From contig JAZQPI010000018.1 in NCBI GenBank assembly GCA_045628545.1, positions 3,643-67,642 on the forward strand: a stretch of DNA of 64,000 nt. Direction: 5' to 3'. This DNA comes from Kiritimatiellia bacterium (GTDB lineage: Bacteria > Verrucomicrobiota > Kiritimatiellia > RFP12 > UBA1067). Under the pieces are notes generated by a model, which did no database searches, was not told where the DNA came from, and saw only the letters and a list, made by a program, of their open reading frames with translations. Positions 27,736 through 37,821 of this stretch are shown piece after piece. Numbering within the stretch: position 1 is the stretch's first letter; every line of letters starts with the position of its first letter. The translations under genes were made by a program, and so were the position numbers.

Positions 27736-28626
27736 ATGATTGCTGAGGCATTGCTGATGGCCACGACGGTCTGGTACATTCCTGGATGGATGCGGACCGA
27801 GACTCCCCACGAGGGCGTGCTCGAGTGCATCTCCAACGTCTTCCCCGAAGCGACGATCGAGTTCAAGGCCTGGGACGGCAACCGTCTCGTGTGGCCGCAC
27901 GCGGTGGAATCCGCCGACAAGGAGTCGTGGCGCTTCGCCTTCGAAGTGGCGACGATGCCCGCGGAGAAACGCGAAAACCTCGTGATTGTCGGGCACTCCC
28001 TCGGCGGACGGATCACGGCGCGGATCTTGGCGCGGCTCGCGGAGCGCGGCTTGAAAATCAGGCAGGGCGAACTTCTGGCCGCGGCCATTCCGTCGACCGA
28101 TCCCGATCTGGCGAAGATGGGCGGCGGCTCGGCGCTGCCGGTCCTCGCGCTGTGCAACCCCGACGACATCGTCCTGCGCTACGTCTACGCGATGGCTGGC
28201 GGCGAGGACTCGGTGGCCTTCGGCGCGAACGGCGCCCTGAAGACGATCGAAAACGTGCGGGAATGCGTGACGCCGCGCGACCTCACGAAGCAGGTGGAGA
28301 TTAACGCGGGCTGGGGGAAAGTGCAGGCGCTGAAGGACGTGCGGAATCACAGCGAGTTCTTCTACATCGACTATTTGCGGCGCCTTCTGAACGGGGAGGA
28401 GGCGTCGGTCGAGGTCATGGTTCCGCAGGCCCTGCCGACCTTCGAGGGCAGAGTGACGGATTCCGGCCTCTGGTGGGACACGCTCGCGGAGACGAACGGC
28501 TGGAAGCTTCAGCGCAACAAGGTGACGGGGCACGGGCGCATTATCGATCCGCAAAAGGTCCGCAAGGCCTGGGGCAAGGTCGAGGACCTGCGGCTGTCAT
28601 TTGAAAAGGTAGGCGAGCAGCTCTGA
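27736..28626 (+). CDS. Alpha/beta-hydrolase-fold protein
   Basis: IVGHSLGGR nucleophile elbow, LLAAAI, NPDDIVL, distal His; RBS GGAGG. Confidence 0.8.
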   Translation: MIAEALLMATTVWYIPGWMRTETPHEGVLECISNVFPEATIEFKAWDGNRLVWPHAVESADKESWRFAFEVATMPAEKRENLVIVGHSLGGRITARILARLAERGLKIRQGELLAAAIPSTDPDLAKMGGGSALPVLALCNPDDIVLRYVYAMAGGEDSVAFGANGALKTIENVRECVTPRDLTKQVEINAGWGKVQALKDVRNHSEFFYIDYLRRLLNGEEASVEVMVPQALPTFEGRVTDSGLWWDTLAETNGWKLQRNKVTGHGRIIDPQKVRKAWGKVEDLRLSFEKVGEQL

Positions 28627-28738
28627 GTAGACAAGGGGTGAAACGCATGGCAAATTGCGGATCGCGCGATGCCTGCAAAATCTCTGTTGCGCATAACGCT
28701 CGCCAAATATGGTATAATTGACCTTAACGCGAATCATT

Positions 28739-30361
28739 ATGTCGGTCAAGAGTCCATACGAGGCGAGACGCGGCGCACGGGCGCTGGTCGAGAGCCTGGA
28801 AAAGGCGCGGGTCGAGGTGCTGTTCGGCTATCCGGGCGGCAACGTCGTCGACGTCTTCGACGAGCTCTCGCGCTCGTCCGTCCGCTTCGTCCCCGGCGTT
28901 CACGAGCAGGGGTGCGTCCACATGGCCGACGGCTACGCCCGCGCCTCGGGCCGCCCCGGCGTGGTGGTGGTGACGAGCGGCCCCGGGCTGACCAACACGA
29001 TCACCGGGCTCGGGACCGCGAACATGGACGGCGTGCCGCTCGTGCTCATCTGCGGACAGGTGCCGCTGGGGCAGATCGGCACCGACGCCTTCCAGGAGGC
29101 GGACACGACCGGCCTGACCCGCGCCGTCTCGAAGCACAATTTCCTCATCCATTCGGCGGACGAGATCCCCGAGACCGTGGCCCAGGCCTTTTACATCGCG
29201 ACGCACGGCAAGCCCGGCCCCGTCGTGATCGACCTGCCGCGCGACATCCAGTGCCAGCTGACGGCGGCGCAGTATCCCGAGCGCGTAGTCCTGCGCGCCT
29301 ACCATCCCGAGTCCGCCGCGACGACGTCGCAGGTCAACCGGCTCGCGAAGCTCGTCAACGAGGCGAAGCGTCCGCTGATCTACGCGGGCGGGGGCGTGAT
29401 CGCCTCCGGCGCGTCCGCCGACGTCGCCGCCCTTTCCGCCAAGGCCGGCATTCCGGTCGTGACGACGATGATGGGCCTGGGCGCGGTCGACGGCCGTTTG
29501 CCGCTCGCGCTCGGCATGGCCGGCCGCCACGGCAGCGCCGCGGCCAACTCCGCGGTCCGTTCGGCGGACCTGATCCTGGCGCTCGGCATGCGCTTCAACG
29601 ACCGCGTGGCGGCCGAGCCGGGCCGTTTCGCGCGGCAGGCGAAGCTCGTCCACGTGGACTGCGATCCGGCGTCGATCGGCAAGAACGTGCGCGTCGACCT
29701 CGGCATCGTGGCGGACGTGAAGGACCTGCTGACGACGGTGAATTCGCGCATCAGGGCGGGGGTGCGGCCGGGCTGGCCGGCTCCGGCTCCTGCCGAACGC
29801 CCGACGGACGTCGCGGGCGCGGGCGTTTCGCCGTTCGCCGTCATCGCGGCGATCGACCGGCTGACGGAAGGGGACGTGGTCGTCACCACCGACGTCGGCC
29901 AGCACCAGATCTGGGCGGCGCGGACCCTGCGCCACGTCTATCCGCGGCATTTCATCACTTCCGGCGGCATGGGGACGATGGGCTTCGGCATTCCCGCGGC
30001 GATCGGCGCGGCGCTGGCGCGGCCGAACCACCGCGTGGTCGCCCTGCTGGGCGACGGCGGCGCGCAGATGACGGTTCACGAGCTGCCGATCGCGGCGCGG
30101 CTCGGCCTGCCGATCGTCTTCGTCGTCTTCCGCAACAACGCGCTCGGCCTGGTGCGCCAGATCCAGTGCCAGTCGTGCGGCGGCAACTGCTTCGCGACCG
30201 ACATCGAGCCGCCGGACTTCGTCCGCCTGGCCGCCGCCTACGGCGTGCCCGGCACGCGGCTCGTGCGCGGCAGGTCGCCCGAGGCCGTTCTGGCGCGGGC
30301 GCTGCGCCGGCGGGGGCCGTTTATGATCGAGGTCGAGGTCGACAAGGAGGTCGAGGCATGA
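28739..30361 (+). CDS. ilvB: Acetolactate synthase large subunit
   Basis: FGYPGG, HEQG..HMADGYAR, TSGPG, TDAFQE, TDVGQHQIW, GDG...NN ThDP motif. Confidence 0.93.
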   Translation: MSVKSPYEARRGARALVESLEKARVEVLFGYPGGNVVDVFDELSRSSVRFVPGVHEQGCVHMADGYARASGRPGVVVVTSGPGLTNTITGLGTANMDGVPLVLICGQVPLGQIGTDAFQEADTTGLTRAVSKHNFLIHSADEIPETVAQAFYIATHGKPGPVVIDLPRDIQCQLTAAQYPERVVLRAYHPESAATTSQVNRLAKLVNEAKRPLIYAGGGVIASGASADVAALSAKAGIPVVTTMMGLGAVDGRLPLALGMAGRHGSAAANSAVRSADLILALGMRFNDRVAAEPGRFARQAKLVHVDCDPASIGKNVRVDLGIVADVKDLLTTVNSRIRAGVRPGWPAPAPAERPTDVAGAGVSPFAVIAAIDRLTEGDVVVTTDVGQHQIWAARTLRHVYPRHFITSGGMGTMGFGIPAAIGAALARPNHRVVALLGDGGAQMTVHELPIAARLGLPIVFVVFRNNALGLVRQIQCQSCGGNCFATDIEPPDFVRLAAAYGVPGTRLVRGRSPEAVLARALRRRGPFMIEVEVDKEVEA

Positions 30362-30612
30362 AACGCGAACCCGACGCCATCCACCGCCTGAACTGCTATG
30401 TCGAAAACCGCCCCGGCGTGCTGGCGCGGATCGTCGGCCTCATCTCCGGCCGCGGCTACAACATCCAGACTCTCAACGTCGGGCCGACGGAGGACGGGAC
30501 GGTCTCGCGCATGAAGATCGACGTGCTCGGCTCGGCCCGCGTGGTCGAGCAGATCATCCTTCAGCTTCGCAACCAGGTCAATGTCATTGAAGTAACCAGT
30601 CGCCGCATCTGA
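30358..30612 (+). CDS. ilvN: Acetolactate synthase small subunit (ACT-only, 84 aa)
   Basis: VENRPGVLARIVGLISGRGYNIQTLNVGPTE; ATGA overlap with ilvB. Confidence 0.9.
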   Translation: MKREPDAIHRLNCYVENRPGVLARIVGLISGRGYNIQTLNVGPTEDGTVSRMKIDVLGSARVVEQIILQLRNQVNVIEVTSRRI

Positions 30613-30633
30613 TGCGGAAGAAAGGAACCCACC

Positions 30634-31782
30634 ATGAAGAAATCAGCAGTTCTCCTCGCGGCCTTCGCCGCCGCCGGCGTAGCCGGTGCCGCAACCATCG
30701 AGTCCGTCGGCTCTTTCGGCAAGCTGACGGACGGCTCCGAGGCCCATCTCTGGCGGATGAAGTCCGACGCCGGGCTCGTCCTGGAGGTCACCGATTTCGG
30801 CGGCCGCGTCGTGCGCGCGCTCGCGCCCGACCGCGACGGCAAGCTCGCCGACGTCACGCTCGGCTGGAACACCCCCGCCGAATACGAGAAGCTCGGCTTC
30901 TGCGTCGGCACCCTGATCGGCCGCTTCGGCAACCGCATCCGCGACGGCAAGTTCACGCTCGACGGCACCGACTACCAGCTGCCGCTGAGCGAGACCACGC
31001 CGGAGCCGCGGCACTGCAACCTCCACAGCGGGCCGAAGGGCTGGGACACGAAGATCTGGAACGTCAAGGACTATCGCGAGGGCGAGAACGCCTGTCTGTC
31101 GCTCACCTGCGTTTCGGAGGACGGCGAGTGCGGCTTCCCGGGGACGGTCAGCGCGAAGGTCGTCTACACCGTGACGCCGAAGAACGTCTGGCGCATCGAC
31201 TACGAGCTGACGACGGACAAGCCGACCATCGTCAATCCGACCCACCACACCTACTGGAACCTCGCCGGCGAGGCGTCCGGCAACGTCCTGAAGCAGGAGC
31301 TCAAGGTTTTCGCCGACCAGTACACGCAGACGGACGACGGCCTCATTCCCACGAAGCACGCGCCGGTCGCGGGCACGGGCTTCGACTTCACCGAGCTGCG
31401 TCCGATCGGCGCGAAGATGGAGTGGATGAAGGCTAACGCGTCCAAGGCGACGACCCTCTGGTACGACCACAACTTCGTCCTCCGCGGCAAAATCGGCGAG
31501 CTGCATCCGGCGGTGACGATGTTCGACCCCGCCTCCGGCCGCGCGCTGGAGGTCTGGACGACCGAGCCGGGACTCCAGATGTACGGTGCGCAGGACTTCA
31601 CCGCCGCCCTGCCCGCGAAGGCCGCCGGGGCGCACCTCTGCCCGTTCGCCGGCCTCGCGCTCGAGACCCAGCACTTCCCGGATTCGCCTAACCGTCCCGA
31701 CTTCCCGTCGACGGTGCTGCGTCCGGGGCAGGTCTTCAAGTCGACGACCGAGTACCGCTTCCACGCGGTGGCGGCGAAGTGA
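30634..31782 (+). CDS. galM: Aldose 1-epimerase with signal peptide
   Basis: GRFGNRI, NLHSG, NPTHHTYWNL, YDHNF, ALETQHFPDSPN; N-terminal MKKSAVLLAAFAAAGVAGA. Confidence 0.92.
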   Translation: MKKSAVLLAAFAAAGVAGAATIESVGSFGKLTDGSEAHLWRMKSDAGLVLEVTDFGGRVVRALAPDRDGKLADVTLGWNTPAEYEKLGFCVGTLIGRFGNRIRDGKFTLDGTDYQLPLSETTPEPRHCNLHSGPKGWDTKIWNVKDYREGENACLSLTCVSEDGECGFPGTVSAKVVYTVTPKNVWRIDYELTTDKPTIVNPTHHTYWNLAGEASGNVLKQELKVFADQYTQTDDGLIPTKHAPVAGTGFDFTELRPIGAKMEWMKANASKATTLWYDHNFVLRGKIGELHPAVTMFDPASGRALEVWTTEPGLQMYGAQDFTAALPAKAAGAHLCPFAGLALETQHFPDSPNRPDFPSTVLRPGQVFKSTTEYRFHAVAAK

Positions 31783-31823
31783 TTCGGCTTAAACAACGAC
31801 ACACGGAGAAAGGAACGAGAAAC

Positions 31824-32921
31824 ATGAGCCAACCCTCTTTTGAAGTCAGCGATTTCGGCGTCACCAAGTACGGCGAGAAGGCGCGCAAGTTCACGCTCCG
31901 CGGCGCGGGCGGCGTGGTGATGGAAGTCAGCGATTACGGCGGGAAGATCGTCCGCCTCTTCACGCCGGACCGCGACGGCAGCCTGAAGGACGTTGTCGTC
32001 GGCTTCGACGATCCGAGCGGCTGGGATTCCGGCGACCCCTACTGGGGCTGCCTCATCGGCCGTTACGGCAACCGCATCGCCAAGGGCGTCTTCACGCTGA
32101 ACGGCACGACCTACAAGCTGCCGGCGCTCAACAACGCTCCGGCCGGCATCGGCTGCAACCTCCACGGCGGCGCGCGCGGCTGGAACGCCTACGTCTGGGG
32201 CGCCGAGCCGTTCGTGAAGGGCGATGACGTTGGCGTGGTCTTCACGCACGTGTCGCCTGACGGCGACGAGGGCTTCCCCGGGCGCGTCGAGGTGAAGGTC
32301 ACCTACACGCTCACGGCCGCCAACGTCTGGCGCGTCGACTACGAGGCCGTGCCGGACGCCGATACGCCGATCAACATGACCCAGCACGTCTACTTCAACT
32401 TCAAGGGCGAAGCCGGCGGCACGATCGAGGACCACGTGATGACGATCGACTCCGACCGCATGACGCCGTACGGCGCGGACCAGATCCCGACGGGCGAAAT
32501 CGCCGCGGTGGACGGCACGCCGTTCGACTTCCGCAAGGGCATGCGCATCGGCGAGCGCATCAACGAGCCGAACCAGCAGCTCGAATTCGGCCGCGGCTAC
32601 GACCACAACTGGATCCTCAACGGCGGCAACTGGGACGGCGGCCCCGCCCGCCTGGCCTTCGCGGGACGCGTCGAGTGTCCGCTGAACGGCCGCTGCGTCG
32701 AGGTCTGGACGACCGAGCCGTGCATGCAGGTCTACACGTCGAACTGGTCGGACTACAACCAGACGGCCAAGGGCGGCGAACACCTCTCGTTCCGCTGCGG
32801 CGTCGCGCTCGAGACCCAGCACGCGCCCGACTCCCCGAACAAGCCCCAGTGGCCGACGACCTTCGTCAAGGCCGGCGCGACTTACCGCACGTCGACGGAG
32901 TTCCGCTTCTCGGCGAAGTGA
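31824..32921 (+). CDS. galM: Aldose 1-epimerase (cytoplasmic paralog)
   Basis: GRYGNRI, NLHGG, NMTQHVYFN, GYDHNW, ALETQHAPDSPN. Confidence 0.92.
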   Translation: MSQPSFEVSDFGVTKYGEKARKFTLRGAGGVVMEVSDYGGKIVRLFTPDRDGSLKDVVVGFDDPSGWDSGDPYWGCLIGRYGNRIAKGVFTLNGTTYKLPALNNAPAGIGCNLHGGARGWNAYVWGAEPFVKGDDVGVVFTHVSPDGDEGFPGRVEVKVTYTLTAANVWRVDYEAVPDADTPINMTQHVYFNFKGEAGGTIEDHVMTIDSDRMTPYGADQIPTGEIAAVDGTPFDFRKGMRIGERINEPNQQLEFGRGYDHNWILNGGNWDGGPARLAFAGRVECPLNGRCVEVWTTEPCMQVYTSNWSDYNQTAKGGEHLSFRCGVALETQHAPDSPNKPQWPTTFVKAGATYRTSTEFRFSAK

Positions 32922-32956
32922 GGAGCGGAAGTCCCTTTCAAAGGAAACAAACGAAA

Positions 32957-34458
32957 ATGGAAGCAACTACCGACATCAAGTCCCTGGACATCGTCGCCGC
33001 GCTGAAGAAGCCGCGCGCGAACTTCACCAAGGCGGACATCAAGCGGTTCATCAAGTCCCGCGGCATCCGTCACGTCAACTTCATGTATCCGGGCGGCGAC
33101 GGCCGGCTGAAGACGCTGAACTTCATCCTGAACGACGAGGCCTATCTGGACGAGATCCTGTCCTGCGGCGAGCGCGTCGACGGGTCGTCCCTCTTCAGCT
33201 ACATCGAGGCGAGCTCCTCCGACCTCTACGTCGTGCCGCGCTTCTCGAGCGCGTTCGTCGATCCGTTCGCCAAGCTGCCGACGCTGTGCCTGCTGTGCTC
33301 GTTCTTCAACAAGGACGGCGAGCCGCTCGAGTCCAGCCCCGAGTACACGCTGCACAAGGCCTGCGCCGCGTTCCGCAAGGAGACGGGGCTCGAGTTCCAG
33401 GCGATGGGCGAACTGGAGTACTACGTCATCAGCGACGCCCCCGCGGCGTTTCCGGCGAAGGACCAGAAGGGCTATCACGAGTCCGCCCCGTTCGCGAAGT
33501 TCAACGAGTTCCGCCAGAAGTGCATGCTCTACATCTCCCTGGCGGGCGGGCGCATCAAGTACGGCCACAGCGAGGTCGGCAACTTCACGCAGGGCGGCCG
33601 GCTCTACGAGCAGAACGAGATCGAGTTCCTGCCGTGCGCGGCGGAGGACGCGGCGAACCAGCTCACGGTCGCGAAGTGGATGATCCGCAACCTCGGCAGC
33701 GAATACGGCTACGACGTCACCTTCGCGCCGAAGATCACCTCGGCAAGGCGGGCTCGGGCCTCCACATCCACATGCGGCTGATGCGCAACGGCAAGAACCA
33801 GATGCTCAAGGCGGGCAAGATCAGCGACGCGGCCAAGCGCGCGATCGCCGGCATGATGAAGCTCGCGCCTTCCATCACGGCGTTCGGCAACATGAACCCG
33901 ACGAGCTACTTCCGCCTCGTGCCGCACCAGGAGGCGCCGACGAACGTGTGCTGGGGCGACCGCAACCGCTCCGTGCTCGTGCGCGTGCCGCTCGGGTGGA
34001 CGGCCAAGACCGACCTCTGCAAGGCGGCGAACCCGAAGGAGACCGCCGCGGCCTACAACACGTCCGAGAAGCAGACCGTCGAAATGCGCTCGCCGGACGC
34101 GTCCGCGAACGTCTACCTGCTGATGGCGGGCCTCGCGGTCGCCTGCCGTCACGGCTTCACGCTGAAGGACGGCGTCAAGTTCGCCGAATCGACCTATGTG
34201 AACGTCAACATTCACAAGGCCGAGAACGCGGCGCTGCTGAAGACGCTGGCGACGCTGCCCGACAGCTGCGCGGCGTCGGCGGACCGTCTGGCCGAGCAGC
34301 GCGCGGTCTACGAGGAGGCGGGAGTCTTCTCGCCGGCGATGACCGACGGCATCCTCGCCCAGCTCCGCGCGTTCGACGACCGGACGCTCCGCCGCGACAT
34401 CCAGAACAAGCCGGAGGCGGTCGCGAAACTGGTCAAGGAGTACTTCTACTGTGGTTGA
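32957..34458 (+). pseudogene. glnA: Glutamine synthetase type I, frameshifted near 33740 (probable single-base sequencing error)
   Basis: VDGSS, GELEYY, HSEVG, FAPKIT in one frame; GKAGSGLHIH, RLVPHQEAP, NRSVLVRVP, EMRSPD in the next. Confidence 0.88.
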
Positions 34459-34465
34459 CCGGATT

Positions 34466-36385
34466 GTGAAGGTTCACTTCATCGGCATCGGCGGGGTCGG
34501 CATGGCCGGCCTCGCAGTGTCGCTTAAAAACCGCGGATACGAGGTGTCCGGCTGCGATCTGCGGCCGACACCCCGTACGCGCTGGCTCGAGTCCGAGGGG
34601 ATCTCCGTCGCCTTCGGACACGACCCGGGGCATGTGGAGGGCGCGGACGAGGTCATTGTCACGCCGGCGGTCGCGGCGGACAATCCTGAGTTTGTCGCCG
34701 CAGGCGCGCGGACCGGTCTCCGCCTCCGTCGGCGCGGCGAAGTCCTGGCGGAGATCGTGTCGTCCGCGGCGGATTCGATCGCCGTCTGCGGCAGTCACGG
34801 CAAGACGACGACTTCGACTTTCGTGGCGCGGCTGCTCCTGGCGCTGGGCGAAAGCGTCGAGTGGGTGATCGGCGGAGAGACGGGGGAGTTTCCGGTGGCG
34901 GGCCGCGTGTGCCGCGACGGACGTTCGCCGGTCCTCGTCGTCGAGGCGGACGAAAGCGACGGCACGCTGGCGCTCTACCGGGCGAAGACGCTCGTCGTCA
35001 CCAACTGCGAATACGACCATCCCGCCCACTTCCCGACGCCGGCGGACTATGCCGCCTGCTTTGACGTGGCGCGGAGCAGAGCGGAGACGGTCATGGAGGC
35101 CGCGACGCTGGACGCGCCGACGGCCGAAGATTTTGCGTTTCTCGACGAACTGCCGACGCACAACCGGCGCAATGCGGTTGTGGCGATTGAAATCGCGCGC
35201 CGCCGCGGACACGGCTTGGCGGCGATCGCCGCCGCGATGAAGCCGATCGTCCGGCAGCTCCCCGACCGGCGCTTCCAGCGCGTCTGGCCGATGGATGACG
35301 CTACGGCCGAGACCGCGGCGGTTTATACGGACTATGCGCATCATCCGACGGAGATGCGCTGTGCCGTGGAAATGGCGCGGCGCGTTTGCCGCGGTCGGCT
35401 CGTGGTTCTCTTTCAGCCGTATCGATACTCGCGCACGAAAGGGCTGCTCGCGGAATTCCCCGCGGCGTTCGCGGGGGCGGACGAGGTGGTCATCTGTCCC
35501 ATCTGTTCGGCGTTTGAGCCCATGCTCGAGGGCGGTAGCGATGCCGATCTTTATGCCGAATGTCGGCGGCGGGAGGCGGACTGCGGCTTCGGAAGCGTCT
35601 ATCTGGCGCGCAGTTGCGAAGAGGCCTGGGAACATGCGCTGCGGACCGCGTCCGCGCCCGGCGACGTCACGCTGCTTCTCGGAGCTGGGGACATCGTCCG
35701 TCTCGTCGACCGTGTGCGGGCCGATTGCGCGTCGCCTTGCGAGCGGCCGCCGCGGCGCATCTGGATCGGGCAGGGGACGAATACCTGGAAGAGCGATCTG
35801 AAGCTGAACGTCGAATACGTGCGGACGACTGGCCGGGCCGACGGTCCGGGCGCCGCGCTGGGAATCCCGTGGATGGCGGGAGTGCCCGGCACGGTCGGCG
35901 GCTGGATCAAGATGAACGCCGGGGCTTTCGGACATTCGATTTCCGAAGTCCTTTCGCGGGTGAAGGTCGACGGCGTCTGGCGGTCGGCGGACGAGTGCGG
36001 CTTCGGCTACCGCCATTCGGGGATCGACGGGGAGATCCAGGACTACGAACTGAAGCCGGACGCGTTGCGGGACGCGGGTTCCGCGGCGGATTATCTGGCG
36101 CGGCGTCCGCGGTTCCCGGCGGGGACGAAAGGCAGCGTCTTCAAGAATCCGCCGGGCGATTCCGCCGGCCGACTGCTGGAGGCGGCGGACTGCAAGGGGT
36201 TGCGCGTCGGCGGGGCGTACGTGTGGGAGCGGCACGCGAACGTGATCGTCTCCGAAGAGGGGGCGCGGGCGTCCGACTTTCTGGCGCTCGCGCAGCTGAT
36301 GCGCATACGCGTCCTTATGTGTTTCGGCGTCGATCTTCAGCCGGAGGTAGCCGGTCTTGACGAACTGATTCAGGACGGCAGATGA
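34466..36385 (+). CDS. murC: Fused UDP-MurNAc-L-Ala ligase / UDP-GlcNAc-enolpyruvate reductase (MurC-MurB)
   Basis: HFIGIGGVGM, GSHGKTTT, VEADESDGT, DYAHHPTE, FQPYRYSRT (MurC); GVPGTVGG..MNAGA, FGYRHS, GSVFKNP, HANVIV, LQPEV (MurB). Confidence 0.92.
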   Translation: MKVHFIGIGGVGMAGLAVSLKNRGYEVSGCDLRPTPRTRWLESEGISVAFGHDPGHVEGADEVIVTPAVAADNPEFVAAGARTGLRLRRRGEVLAEIVSSAADSIAVCGSHGKTTTSTFVARLLLALGESVEWVIGGETGEFPVAGRVCRDGRSPVLVVEADESDGTLALYRAKTLVVTNCEYDHPAHFPTPADYAACFDVARSRAETVMEAATLDAPTAEDFAFLDELPTHNRRNAVVAIEIARRRGHGLAAIAAAMKPIVRQLPDRRFQRVWPMDDATAETAAVYTDYAHHPTEMRCAVEMARRVCRGRLVVLFQPYRYSRTKGLLAEFPAAFAGADEVVICPICSAFEPMLEGGSDADLYAECRRREADCGFGSVYLARSCEEAWEHALRTASAPGDVTLLLGAGDIVRLVDRVRADCASPCERPPRRIWIGQGTNTWKSDLKLNVEYVRTTGRADGPGAALGIPWMAGVPGTVGGWIKMNAGAFGHSISEVLSRVKVDGVWRSADECGFGYRHSGIDGEIQDYELKPDALRDAGSAADYLARRPRFPAGTKGSVFKNPPGDSAGRLLEAADCKGLRVGGAYVWERHANVIVSEEGARASDFLALAQLMRIRVLMCFGVDLQPEVAGLDELIQDGR

Positions 36386-37821
36386 CCACTGATTTTACTG
36401 CCGAAAAATGCTTTAGGCCGCCGGAAGCCGCGAACGAGTCCGTGCGTCTGTCGGTGGTTGTCCCGATTTTCAACGGATTGGACTATCTTGGGGAATGCCT
36501 TGATTCCGTGCTGCGGCAGCTGCCTGGAGACTGCGAATGCATCGTCGTTGACGACGGCTCGAATGCGGCCACGGTTGCCGCGCTTAAGGCTTACGGGACT
36601 GCTCATGCCGCGGCGAACCTGCGGATCCTCTACGGGCCGCACGGCGGGGCTTCGCATGCCCGGAATCTGGGGCTGGAGGCGGCCCGCGGGGAGTTCGTCT
36701 GCTTCCTGGACGGGGACGATCGCCTGCATGACGGATTTCTGGCCAAGAGCCGCGAATGGTTCGGACAAGGCGTCGATCTCGTGATCTTCGCCTTCGACCG
36801 GGTCGAGAACGGGGCGGTGACGCATCTCTCGCTCCAGCCGCGCATCTACGAATCGCCGTCGCAGTTCGCCGACCATTATCTCGTCGACCGTCATCTGCTG
36901 GTCTATTCGCAGTGCAATAAGTTCTACCGCAAGTCCGTCATCGACCGCGGCGTCCTCCGCTTCGACGAGTCGGTGGAGTTCGGCGAAGACCGGCTGTTCA
37001 ACTTCCGCTTCATTTCGGCGTGCGGGCGGATCGCCACTTCGCCGGACTGCATGTTCGACTACGTCTGCCGCGGCGGCGATTCGCTTTCGACGAGGCACGT
37101 GCCGGATTTCGCCCGCAAGCTGATGGTGCTGCACGAGGCGAAGATGAAGACCTTCCTCGGTTTGGCGCGGACCGTGTCGGAGGACGAACGGCGTTCGTTC
37201 GTCCACTACGATCGCTCGCGCGTCGTCGAGGAGGCGGTCGGACGCTTTGCGGCGCATCCGGAGGAGATCGCCGAGTCGCTTCCGGTCTTAAATCGCATCC
37301 TTTTCGGAGATTTCATCGACGACGGACTTCCTGCGGACGTGCTCATCGTCTTGGGAAGTCCGAATTGCCAGTACCGGGTGGAGAAGGCGCTTGAGGTCGG
37401 GCGGCGCAATCCGGAAACCGTTTACGTCGTCAGTGGCGGCAATCCGCATCTCAAGGAGCCGAAATCCGAAGCGGAATTCATGCGCGATTACCTTTTTGAT
37501 CACGGTATTTCGCCGGAGCGCGTCGTTTTTGAGAATCTGGCGCGGAACACCGCTGAGAACCTTCGGTTCTCGATGGATCGGCTTGACCAGATGCTTGAGA
37601 CGGGAACATTGCCGTCCGCTTCTCCTCGAATCGGCGTCATTTCAGGCACCTATCATCTGACGCGGGTGCTGGAGATCGCCGGTGATGTTTTGGGTGAAAG
37701 GGCGAAGGGACTTCACGCCATTCCGGCCTACGGACCGCACAGCAGACCGGACAATTGGTTCATGCATCCGCAGTTCGTTCGGTTTGTCCTCAATGAAATC
37801 AGGAAGAGAAAAGGGCTGTGA
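36382..37821 (+). CDS. GT2 glycosyltransferase fused to a DUF218/YdcF domain
   Basis: LSVVVPIFN, VDDGS, ARNLGL, FLDGDD, GEDRLFN; C-terminal LIVLG, VSGG, SEAEFMR, ENLARNTAEN, GTYHLTR. Confidence 0.85.
   Translation: MTTDFTAEKCFRPPEAANESVRLSVVVPIFNGLDYLGECLDSVLRQLPGDCECIVVDDGSNAATVAALKAYGTAHAAANLRILYGPHGGASHARNLGLEAARGEFVCFLDGDDRLHDGFLAKSREWFGQGVDLVIFAFDRVENGAVTHLSLQPRIYESPSQFADHYLVDRHLLVYSQCNKFYRKSVIDRGVLRFDESVEFGEDRLFNFRFISACGRIATSPDCMFDYVCRGGDSLSTRHVPDFARKLMVLHEAKMKTFLGLARTVSEDERRSFVHYDRSRVVEEAVGRFAAHPEEIAESLPVLNRILFGDFIDDGLPADVLIVLGSPNCQYRVEKALEVGRRNPETVYVVSGGNPHLKEPKSEAEFMRDYLFDHGISPERVVFENLARNTAENLRFSMDRLDQMLETGTLPSASPRIGVISGTYHLTRVLEIAGDVLGERAKGLHAIPAYGPHSRPDNWFMHPQFVRFVLNEIRKRKGL

Noticed and set aside
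33730-33750. Programmed frameshift or true inactivation of glnA
   Set aside because: No slippery heptamer; one extra base (atc acc Ntc ggc aag) restores KITxGKAGSG and both halves look undegraded. Similar 1-nt losses near 11920 and 2102 point to sequencing error.
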